From an uncultured Bacillaceae bacterium (GTDB taxonomy: Bacteria; Bacillota; Bacilli; Caldalkalibacillales; Caldalkalibacillaceae), in contig CALBTX010000114.1 of the NCBI GenBank assembly GCA_937967685.1, forward strand, positions 5,570 to 69,569: a stretch of 64,000 bases of DNA, given 5' to 3'. Numbering within the stretch: position 1 is the first letter of the stretch; the number at the start of each line of letters is the position of its first letter. Both the position numbers and the translations under genes were made by a program. The notes under the pieces are model-generated. The model was given only the letters and a program-made list of their open reading frames with translations, was not told the origin of the DNA and made no database searches. This document shows, in pieces, positions 56,766 through 64,000 of the stretch.

Positions 56766-56823
56766 CTATACCCAACCTTATAGCCGAGGCTTCTATACCC
56801 AACCTCTATATCTGGAAGCTTCT
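56766..56823. repeat. About 27-nt tandem duplication straddling the gudB stop codon
   Basis: ctatacccaacct(t)ata.gcc.aggcttct is followed by ctatacccaacctctatatctggaagcttct. The true stop is at 56793-56795 and the downstream copy has diverged. Confidence 0.85.
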
Positions 56824-58067
56824 GCAAGTTTGCGGACACCAACAATGTAAGCAGCCAAACGCATGTTGACCCCCCGCGTTTTGGCCGTCTGATAAACATT
56901 GTTGAACGCTTTGATCATGATTTCCTCGAGTTTTCTTTCCACTTCTTCTTCCGACCAATAGTAACCCTGGTTATTTTGTACCCATTCGAAATAAGAAACA
57001 GTGACACCGCCGGAGCTGGCCAAAACGTCCGGAACCAAAAGAACCCCTCTCTCAGTTAAAATGTTCGTCGCTTCCATCGTCGTCGGGCCGTTCGCCGCTT
57101 CAACGATAATTTTTGCTTTAATATTTCGAGCATTTTGAGCGGTAATTTGGTTTTGGATGGCCGCAGGAACCAATATATCACACGGGAGTTCAAGCATGTC
57201 TTCGTTTGTGATCGTATCTTTAAACAAATTGGTGACCGCCCCGAAAGAATCCCGGCGATCGAGTAAATAATCGATATCCAACCCTTCTTCATCATACAGG
57301 GCGCCGTAAGCATCGGAAATGGCGACGACTTTGGCCCCGGCATCATGCATAAATTTCGCCAAAAAACCGCCGGCATTGCCAAACCCTTGAATAATCACTT
57401 TGGCCCCTTTGATGTCAACACCTTTCTTTTGCGCCGCTTGACGAATACAATGCGTGACACCTTTAGCGGTGGCCGTTTCCCTGCCGTACGATCCTCCGAG
57501 GACAATGGGTTTGCCGGTAATAAAACCGGGCGAATCGAATTCGCGAATGCGGCTGTATTCATCCATCATCCAAGCCATGATCTGGGAGTTCGTAAACACA
57601 TCCGGTGCAGGAATATCCTTTGTCGGCCCGACAATTTGGCTGATCGCCCGCACGTATCCGCGGCTTAACCGTTCCAGTTCACGAAAAGACATCTGCCTAG
57701 GGTCACAAACGATACCGCCTTTACCCCCTCCGTACGGAATGTCGACGATGCCCGCTTTCAAACTCATCCAGATGGCCAGGGCTTTCACTTCTTCCGCGGT
57801 GACATCCGGATGGAAGCGCACGCCGCCTTTCGTCGGACCGATGGAGTCATTATGTTGAGCCCGATACCCGGTAAATACTTTGACGGATTGGTCATCCATT
57901 CTAACCGGAATGCGCACGGTCATCATTCTGAGCGGTTCTTTCATCAATTCGTAGACTTCTTCGGGATAGCCCAGTTTATCCAAAGCTTCTTTGATCACTT
58001 TTTGAGTTGTCTCCAATATGCCGAGACTTTCCTGATTTTCCTTGGTGTCTTGAGCAACGTCTCCCAT
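56793..58067 (-). CDS. gudB: NAD-specific glutamate dehydrogenase
   Basis: GPTKGGVRFHP and GGGKGG motifs. A single VKA at the site duplicated in cryptic B. subtilis 168 gudB indicates an intact enzyme. Confidence 0.95.
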   Translation of the reverse strand: MGDVAQDTKENQESLGILETTQKVIKEALDKLGYPEEVYELMKEPLRMMTVRIPVRMDDQSVKVFTGYRAQHNDSIGPTKGGVRFHPDVTAEEVKALAIWMSLKAGIVDIPYGGGKGGIVCDPRQMSFRELERLSRGYVRAISQIVGPTKDIPAPDVFTNSQIMAWMMDEYSRIREFDSPGFITGKPIVLGGSYGRETATAKGVTHCIRQAAQKKGVDIKGAKVIIQGFGNAGGFLAKFMHDAGAKVVAISDAYGALYDEEGLDIDYLLDRRDSFGAVTNLFKDTITNEDMLELPCDILVPAAIQNQITAQNARNIKAKIIVEAANGPTTMEATNILTERGVLLVPDVLASSGGVTVSYFEWVQNNQGYYWSEEEVERKLEEIMIKAFNNVYQTAKTRGVNMRLAAYIVGVRKLAEASRYRGWV

Positions 58068-58108
58068 AAATAGACCACCTCGTCATCGTACTAATCGACC
58101 CACATCTA

Positions 58109-58136
58109 AGTATACACTTTCCGGTTCACGGTGCAA
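58109..58136 (-). promoter_or_regulatory. Putative sigma-A promoter of gudB (TTGCAC-16-TGtTATACT)
   Basis: Minus strand reads TTGCACcgtgaaccggaaagtgTATACT, with a TG at the extended -10 position. Confidence 0.45.
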
Positions 58137-58146
58137 CTGTATAGAC

Positions 58147-58181
58147 AGGAAAAGCCCTCTGTCACTGGGGACAGGGGGCTC
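58147..58181 (-). terminator. Intrinsic terminator after mecB
   Basis: On the minus strand: AGCCCCCTGTC-cccagt-GACAGAGGGCT (one mismatch) followed by TTTTCCT. Confidence 0.7.
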
Positions 58182-58185
58182 GTTG

Positions 58186-58797
58186 TCAAGGTTTAAAATA
58201 CTTGCATAATGTTTGAATGGCCCGATCTTCCATGATGAGATGTCCATATTCGTGCAGTACGTATTTGCTTTGAGTGGAGGGTTCCCCAAACTCGGAAAGC
58301 AGGGCAATCAGTAATTCATAGACAGAATCTTCCAAGGAAATATCCTCAAATAATAAGAAATAACGGGAATGATATTGGTACAGCTTGCCTCCGTCTTCTT
58401 CAAGAAAAGGCTTCAGTTTATAAGCAACATGGATGACATCGTCTAAATCTTGAAACGAGAACAAGATATCTTCGCTTTCATCCAATGTCACTTCAAGCTC
58501 ATAATAATCATCAAACTCTTCTTCAAGACTGCTCTCATAAGACGAATATTTGGAAACACCCCCGCGGGTGACGATGACAACCATCCCTTGAGCCGGCAGA
58601 GAAAACACTTCTACAGCGACCGGACCGACAACGACAAAATCCAACTCTTGATGGGCCTGATTCATCATATCGTTAAATAGCTCGTGTACTTTATGAATGT
58701 CTTGCCATATATCGTCCTTATTAATGCCTCGTTCAAGTAAATCATCAAAAGTGAGGAAAATCCGGATTTTATCTTGATTAAGGCGTTCAAGTCGCAT
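58186..58797 (-). CDS. mecB: MecA-family adaptor protein (MecB/YpbH paralog)
   Basis: MRLERLNQDKIRIFLTFDDLLERGI is a MecA N-terminus. ATG at 58797 has a GAGGAGGG RBS. Confidence 0.88.
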   Translation of the reverse strand: MRLERLNQDKIRIFLTFDDLLERGINKDDIWQDIHKVHELFNDMMNQAHQELDFVVVGPVAVEVFSLPAQGMVVIVTRGGVSKYSSYESSLEEEFDDYYELEVTLDESEDILFSFQDLDDVIHVAYKLKPFLEEDGGKLYQYHSRYFLLFEDISLEDSVYELLIALLSEFGEPSTQSKYVLHEYGHLIMEDRAIQTLCKYFKP

Positions 58798-58981
58798 GGA
58801 TGACCCTCCTCGCCAAACAGATACATATAATAATATATGGTTTTTAAAAATATTTGTTAAGAATACTGTACCACATTCGTCTGAATTCGAAAATACCATT
58901 TGTTGTCCATCAGAAATCAACCTACGGGCTGTCAGAAAAGGGCTGAAAAATCATCAGAAAAAACGGTTTGGAGTGAAAACG

Positions 58982-59995
58982 ATGGTCAAACGTCTTCTGC
59001 CCGCGATCCTTTCCGCCGTCATTTTACTCTTGGGCGGATGTGCCGAACCTCCCATCGTCTCGGAAGAACAGGAAGAAGTGATTCCCGTGCAAACGGAACA
59101 GGTCAAAAAAGAACCGTTCAGCGAAATCGTTGAACTGAGCGGTCGGGCGAGAAGCAAACAAGATTTTCCCGTCTTTGCTCCGACAGGGATGATGATTGAA
59201 CAGGTTTATGTTCAAATCGGGGATGATGTCAGAGCGGGCGATCCATTGCTTCTTCTGACTCAGGCCTTGGGAGGAGGGGGAGCAATGGGACAAGCTGCGT
59301 TAAAAAGGGCACAAGCTTTGCTGGACGGAGCACAAACAGGGGCGGTGACGATGTTGGAATTGGAAACCGCAAGACAGCTGCTTTCCCAAAACGAATCCGC
59401 TGCAAAAGAGGAACCCCGATTCATTTTCGCCCCTTTCGACGGGGTGATCACGCTGCTTAACGCCCAATCAGGCAGCATGGTGAGTGAAAATATACCGGTG
59501 TTACAATTGTCCAATTTAGACCAACTCGTTGTTGATTTGCAAGTTGGCAGTTCATACATTCACCAGCTGCAGGCAGGGATGAAGGCTTATGTCTGGTTTG
59601 ATCATCTGGACAAGCCGGTGGAAGCTTCATTAGATGCCTTATCTCCCGGGGTATCGGCTGAGGGAAATTTTTACCAAGCCCAAATTAACCTGAGTAATGT
59701 TGAACGAACCATTTTCCCTGGTATGTTGGCCCGGGTGGAAGTGGAAACCCAATACTATGAAGACGCCCTGCTGGTGCCGACTGAATCTGTTTTTTTCCAA
59801 GATGAAGAAGCTTTTGTCTATAAGGTTCAGGATGGCGAAGCTCAATTACAGACCATCAAGGTGAATGGGCGCAACCCGACACATTACCGGGTTCTAGCCG
59901 GATTAAAAGAAGGGGAACAGGTGGTCACCTTAGGCAGGGAAAGGTTGTCGGATGGACGCAAAGTGTATGTCAGCAACGAGAGTGATTCCCGATGA
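58982..59995 (+). CDS. Efflux RND transporter periplasmic adaptor (HlyD/MFP family) lipoprotein
   Basis: Lipobox LLGGC. Has the barrel-sandwich/hairpin pattern. Overlaps the RND gene start by 4 nt. Confidence 0.88.
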   Translation: MVKRLLPAILSAVILLLGGCAEPPIVSEEQEEVIPVQTEQVKKEPFSEIVELSGRARSKQDFPVFAPTGMMIEQVYVQIGDDVRAGDPLLLLTQALGGGGAMGQAALKRAQALLDGAQTGAVTMLELETARQLLSQNESAAKEEPRFIFAPFDGVITLLNAQSGSMVSENIPVLQLSNLDQLVVDLQVGSSYIHQLQAGMKAYVWFDHLDKPVEASLDALSPGVSAEGNFYQAQINLSNVERTIFPGMLARVEVETQYYEDALLVPTESVFFQDEEAFVYKVQDGEAQLQTIKVNGRNPTHYRVLAGLKEGEQVVTLGRERLSDGRKVYVSNESDSR

Positions 59996-62900
59996 AATTA
60001 ACGCTGTTAGCCGTAAACCGTCCGGTGGCTATGACGATGGTCATCATGATCATTCTTGTCATTGGCACGGCATCCTTTATCGGCCTGGACGTCGATCTGT
60101 TTCCTCATTTGGAGTATCCGACGGCAGCGATTCAAATCAACTACCCCGGAACAGGCCCCGAGGAAGTGGAGCATTTGATCACGCGTCCCGTTGAAAATGC
60201 GCTTGGCACGTTGGCCAACGTGCAGGAAATTCGTTCCACTTCCCGGTTGGGGGGCGCCTTGATTACCGTTGAATTTGACTGGGGAACCGATATGGAGCGG
60301 GCGATGAACGAGATTCGGGACAGGCTGGATCAAATTGAGAACATGCTCCCCGCAGAATCATCCGCCCCTTTGGTTCTTCAATTCGGACCGCAAAATTTAC
60401 CTCTTCTCCAACTGGCCCTCTCCAGCAGCGAACATGATATCACGGAAACAAAACGCATCGCTGAAAACGTTGTTCAGCCGCGTTTGGAATCCGTTGAAGG
60501 TGTGGCTTCCGTTCAGATAGAAGGCGGTCATAAGAAGGAGATACGGATTACGTTGCGCCCGGACGAATTACAAAATTATGGTTTGTCGCTCAACGCCATC
60601 AAACAAATCCTGCAAGCCGAGAATTTAAATTTGCCGGGCGGGACGGTTATTGAACAAAATAAGGAGATGCCTTTGAGAATCCGGGGACAGTTTGCATCGA
60701 TCCGGGAAATCGAAGATTTGTTGATCCCGACCATGACGGGGGAGGCCATTCCGCTTTCCACTTTGGGCAAAATTGAAGAAACGTATCAACCAACGTCGGT
60801 CATATCCAAGCTGAACAAAGAACCGAGCGTGGGAATCCTCATCCACAAGCAGGCCGGTGCAAATACCGTCGCCGTTGGCAATGCCCTGCACGACGCTTTG
60901 CGAGATTTAGAAGAGGATTTGCCACCAAGTTTGTCTATGGCCCCGATTTTTGATGAATCCTTATATATAAAGCAATCGATCATGGCCTTGAGCACGAATA
61001 TCATCTTTGGCGCCGCATTGGCCGTTTCGGTGCTTTATGTCTTCTTAAGGAATTGGCGATCAACATTGATCATCGCCGTCTCCATCCCAGTTTCTGTCGT
61101 GGCCGCTTTCGGATTTATGTTTTTAGCCGGACAAAGCTTGAATTTACTCACTTTAGGAGGCTTGGCTCTCGGTGTGGGCATGATGGTTGACAATGCGATC
61201 GTCATTATGGAAAATGTCCATCGCTACAAAAGAAACGGATTTTCTCCGCGTGACGCCGCTGTCAAGGGGACGCGTGAAGTTGGCCCGGCGCTTCTCGCCT
61301 CAACACTGACGACGGTCATCGTCTTCATTCCGATGATTTTTGTCGAAGGCCTCGCCGCTCAGTTGTTTAAACCGTTAGCCCTCGTAATCGCTTTATCATT
61401 AGCGGCTTCATTGTTTACATCGATCATTCTCGTCCCTTTACTTTTTTCTAAATTAAGACATGCCGAGGAGAATGAACAGAGATCTCGCTTTCAAGATGCC
61501 TTTGAACGGCTTAAACGGGTTTATGAACATCTCTTGCAGTCGTCTTTAAGAAGTCCGAAAAAAATTGTTTTCGCCGCGCTCTTCATCTTGCTGATCAGTG
61601 CGGCCATGATCCCTTGGATCGGCACCGAATTTATGCCTCATCTGGATCAGAGTATTCTGTACATGGACATTCACCTTCCCGTTGGCACGAGCATGGAAAC
61701 GACCTTAAAAGCCACTCAAAACGTGGAGGATCAAATCGCCGACATTCCGGAGATCGAACACATCTATGTCTCTGTCGGCGGCGTGGGCCAGTTTCAGATT
61801 GGCGCAGGTTCTCTCTCCAACCGGGCCAATTATACCCTTCCGCTCGTTCCTGCGGATAAAAGAAGCCGTTCCGACCACGAAATTGCCGCCGAGATCCGCC
61901 AAAAATTATCCGATCTGCCGGGGATCAGCGTCAACATCAATGCCGGCGACAGCGGAGAAGGACTCGCAGGACCTCCCATCGTCTTGCACATTCAGGGTCC
62001 CGATGTCCGTGTTTTAAAATCTTTGTCTGAAGACGTTGCCTCGATCTTACAGCAAATTGACGGTGTGACGGAAATCAGAAGTCATTTCAATCGTGCCCAG
62101 GAAGAAATACACATTGAAGTCGATCGATTTATGGCCAGTCAATATGGCATTTCGACCGCCCAAGTGGCTGATGCCATTCTTCAAGCAAACCAAGGCGTCG
62201 TGGCTTCCCGTCTGATTCGAGCAGGGGAAGAATTAAATGTGCGCCTCACCTTTGGCGAGGCCTATCATCAACAATTGGATCGTTTAAAGCTGATCGACAT
62301 TCCAACCGAGCAAGGCAATCATATTCCCCTGCAACAAATCGTTCAGGTTAAAAAAGAAGCGGGGCCGTACACGATTTCACGTTCGAACAAAATGCGGGAA
62401 ATCAGGGTCCAAGCCGAGCTATTCAACCGTGACCTCGGCTCGGCCATCACAGATATTAGAGACCGTCTGGAAGAAGAGCTGACGCTTCCGAGCGGCTATC
62501 AAATTCATTTCGGGGGACAAGAGGAAGAAAGGTCTGAAGCCTTCGAAACATTATCCGCAGCCCTGGTCTTGGCTCTGCTCCTTGTCTACATGGTGATGGC
62601 CGCCCAGTTTGAATCTTTGATTCAACCTTTGATCATCATGGGGTCCGTTCCTCTCGCTGGCATCGGCGTCTTACTCGGCCTGTTTCTGACCGACAGACCG
62701 CTTGGTGTCGGGGCGATGGTGGGCTTGATTGTCTTAGGCGGCATCGTTGTCAACAACGCCATCGTCTTTGTCGATTATGTCAATACGTTAAGAAAAGAAG
62801 GACTGTCCCGGGAAAACGCTTTAATCAAGGCAGGCAGTGTTCGTTTGCGACCCATCTTGATGACCTCCCTGACAACCATCCTGGGATTAGCGCCACTTAT

Positions 62901-63054
62901 GTTCGGATTGGGGGAAGGAAGCGAACTGCAAGCGCCTTTGGCCACCGTCGTGATCTTTGGGCTCATAAGCTCCACTGGTCTAACGCTTATTTTCATGCCG
63001 GTTGTCTATCAGCTATGCGTAGAATGGAGGGAAAAACGCCGTGAACAAACATAA
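59992..63054 (+). CDS. RND (AcrB/AcrD/AcrF family) efflux permease
   Basis: 1020 aa with 12-TM architecture and two large loops. Has the typical ...LGGLALGVGMMVDNAIV... motif. Confidence 0.93.
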   Translation: MKLTLLAVNRPVAMTMVIMIILVIGTASFIGLDVDLFPHLEYPTAAIQINYPGTGPEEVEHLITRPVENALGTLANVQEIRSTSRLGGALITVEFDWGTDMERAMNEIRDRLDQIENMLPAESSAPLVLQFGPQNLPLLQLALSSSEHDITETKRIAENVVQPRLESVEGVASVQIEGGHKKEIRITLRPDELQNYGLSLNAIKQILQAENLNLPGGTVIEQNKEMPLRIRGQFASIREIEDLLIPTMTGEAIPLSTLGKIEETYQPTSVISKLNKEPSVGILIHKQAGANTVAVGNALHDALRDLEEDLPPSLSMAPIFDESLYIKQSIMALSTNIIFGAALAVSVLYVFLRNWRSTLIIAVSIPVSVVAAFGFMFLAGQSLNLLTLGGLALGVGMMVDNAIVIMENVHRYKRNGFSPRDAAVKGTREVGPALLASTLTTVIVFIPMIFVEGLAAQLFKPLALVIALSLAASLFTSIILVPLLFSKLRHAEENEQRSRFQDAFERLKRVYEHLLQSSLRSPKKIVFAALFILLISAAMIPWIGTEFMPHLDQSILYMDIHLPVGTSMETTLKATQNVEDQIADIPEIEHIYVSVGGVGQFQIGAGSLSNRANYTLPLVPADKRSRSDHEIAAEIRQKLSDLPGISVNINAGDSGEGLAGPPIVLHIQGPDVRVLKSLSEDVASILQQIDGVTEIRSHFNRAQEEIHIEVDRFMASQYGISTAQVADAILQANQGVVASRLIRAGEELNVRLTFGEAYHQQLDRLKLIDIPTEQGNHIPLQQIVQVKKEAGPYTISRSNKMREIRVQAELFNRDLGSAITDIRDRLEEELTLPSGYQIHFGGQEEERSEAFETLSAALVLALLLVYMVMAAQFESLIQPLIIMGSVPLAGIGVLLGLFLTDRPLGVGAMVGLIVLGGIVVNNAIVFVDYVNTLRKEGLSRENALIKAGSVRLRPILMTSLTTILGLAPLMFGLGEGSELQAPLATVVIFGLISSTGLTLIFMPVVYQLCVEWREKRREQT

Positions 63055-63829
63055 CCATTGGCCACGTTTGAGCGCAAGCTTTGTGCATGGCAGAAACCTG
63101 TTGATCTCTTTCGTTTTCATCATGGCTGTTTTTGGAGGAATGACGATGAAAAGCGAAGCAGAAGAACAAACGACACTGACATATATAGCCCTGGGTGATT
63201 CCCTGACGATGGGTATCGGTGCTTCGGAGACGGATTATTTGCGAATGAACGCGTTCGTGCCCCAACTGACCGCCTATCTAAGAAAAAATTTTGATGTCTA
63301 TGTGGAAAATCACGGGATGCCCGGAATCACTTCGGCCGAATTGCTTGACTATGTCCGTCATCATCCCGGTATGGACCGCTTATTGCGCGGTGCGGACGTG
63401 CTCACGTTGACCATCGGGGGGAACGACTTGCTCCAGCTTTTGAACCGGGATGCCTTGAATGAAGAAACGATCGAGCAAACGGTTGAACAGTTTGGGGAAT
63501 TATTTGAACAAATCATCGTCGAGATCCGTCAACATCAACCAAACGCTCCCATTTACGTGCTCGAATTATATTCGCCTTATGACAAAAGGCATGCCTTGCA
63601 CAAAATCGGTCAAACAACCGTTCAGACATATAACGATGAATTAGCCCGGCGCATTCAAAAGCTGAACAATGTTTTCCAAGTTAAAATCTTTAAAGCGTTC
63701 CAAGGAAAGGAAGCTCAATGGACACATATTGATCACAATGACGTTCATCCGAATGATGAAGGTTACGCCGCCATTTTTGAAGCTTTTCAAAAGCTTTTGC
63801 GGTTGGATGCATTGACAAACCATTCGTAG
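63041..63829 (+). CDS. Membrane-anchored SGNH/GDSL hydrolase
   Basis: GDSLTMG (block I), TIGGNDLL (block III) and DVHPND (block V), with an N-terminal TM segment. The GTG start overlaps the RND stop. Confidence 0.85.
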   Translation: MNKHNHWPRLSASFVHGRNLLISFVFIMAVFGGMTMKSEAEEQTTLTYIALGDSLTMGIGASETDYLRMNAFVPQLTAYLRKNFDVYVENHGMPGITSAELLDYVRHHPGMDRLLRGADVLTLTIGGNDLLQLLNRDALNEETIEQTVEQFGELFEQIIVEIRQHQPNAPIYVLELYSPYDKRHALHKIGQTTVQTYNDELARRIQKLNNVFQVKIFKAFQGKEAQWTHIDHNDVHPNDEGYAAIFEAFQKLLRLDALTNHS

Positions 63830-64000
63830 ATCAAAATGAACAAGGAAACGATCAAAGCCAAATATCCGTAAAAGAGCAGCATTTGTACGTACACAAAAGC
63901 GACACAAATGGATAAGAGCAGTGCGCCGATAGGAACGGTACGCAAGATAAAGGCCACTTTAAACTCATAAATCAGTTTACGGATGAGATAGGCGATGCAC
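63787..64000 (-). CDS. C-terminal fragment of a hydrophobic membrane protein; runs off the window
   Basis: Hand translation is open from 63999 to the TGA at 63787-63789 (…LLLSICVAFVYVQMLLFYGYLALIVSLFILIYEWF…). It overlaps the GDSL gene 3' end by 43 nt. Confidence 0.4.
   Translation of the reverse strand, partial: CIAYLIRKLIYEFKVAFILRTVPIGALLLSICVAFVYVQMLLFYGYLALIVSLFILIYEWFVNASNRKSF

Noticed and set aside
56793-58067. I checked whether gudB is the cryptic form known from B. subtilis 168, which has a 9-bp VKA duplication in the active site.
   Set aside because: The sequence reads ...TAEEVKALAIWMSLK... with a single VKA, so the gene looks intact. The only duplication is outside the coding sequence, at the stop.

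Overview
The window is a chromosomal segment from an endospore-forming Bacillaceae-type Firmicute, about 47% GC. Almost every gene is on the minus strand. Gene order closely follows the Bacillus subtilis 168 block: panDCB-birA-cca-bshA-bshB1-mgsA-dapB / ypjCBA-qcrCBA-ypiFBA / aroE-tyrA-hisC-trpABFCDE-aroB-aroF / cheR-ndk-hepT-menH-hepS-mtrB-folE-hbs-spoIVA-yphFE / gpsA-der-yphBA / rpsA-cmk-ypeB-sleB / gudB-mecB. It ends with a plus-strand RND efflux operon. I found no rRNA, tRNA, CRISPR array, transposase or prophage genes, so most of the window is ordinary core genome. The points of interest are departures from that synteny and non-coding structure. (1) A divergent ATP-sulfurylase-fold protein with a roughly 180-aa uncharacterised tail, plus a small AT-rich ORF, occupies the slot where aroH sits in B. 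subtilis. (2) A clear TRAP-type trp leader is present (GAG/UAG triplet array plus attenuator), with mtrB in the same window. (3) A near-consensus sigma-A promoter is followed about 100 nt later by a strong intrinsic terminator with a competing antiterminator helix, directly upstream of an out-of-context hprK. (4) An uncharacterised 361-aa protein is inserted between ypiB and ypiA. (5) A DUF3189 / 93-aa / 66-aa / YIEGIA / YphA cluster lies next to der. (6) Short tandem duplications (11-46 nt units) are unusually dense in intergenic DNA, and several straddle stop codons or a ribosome-binding site. All homology calls come from motif and synteny recognition by eye. No database search was run.
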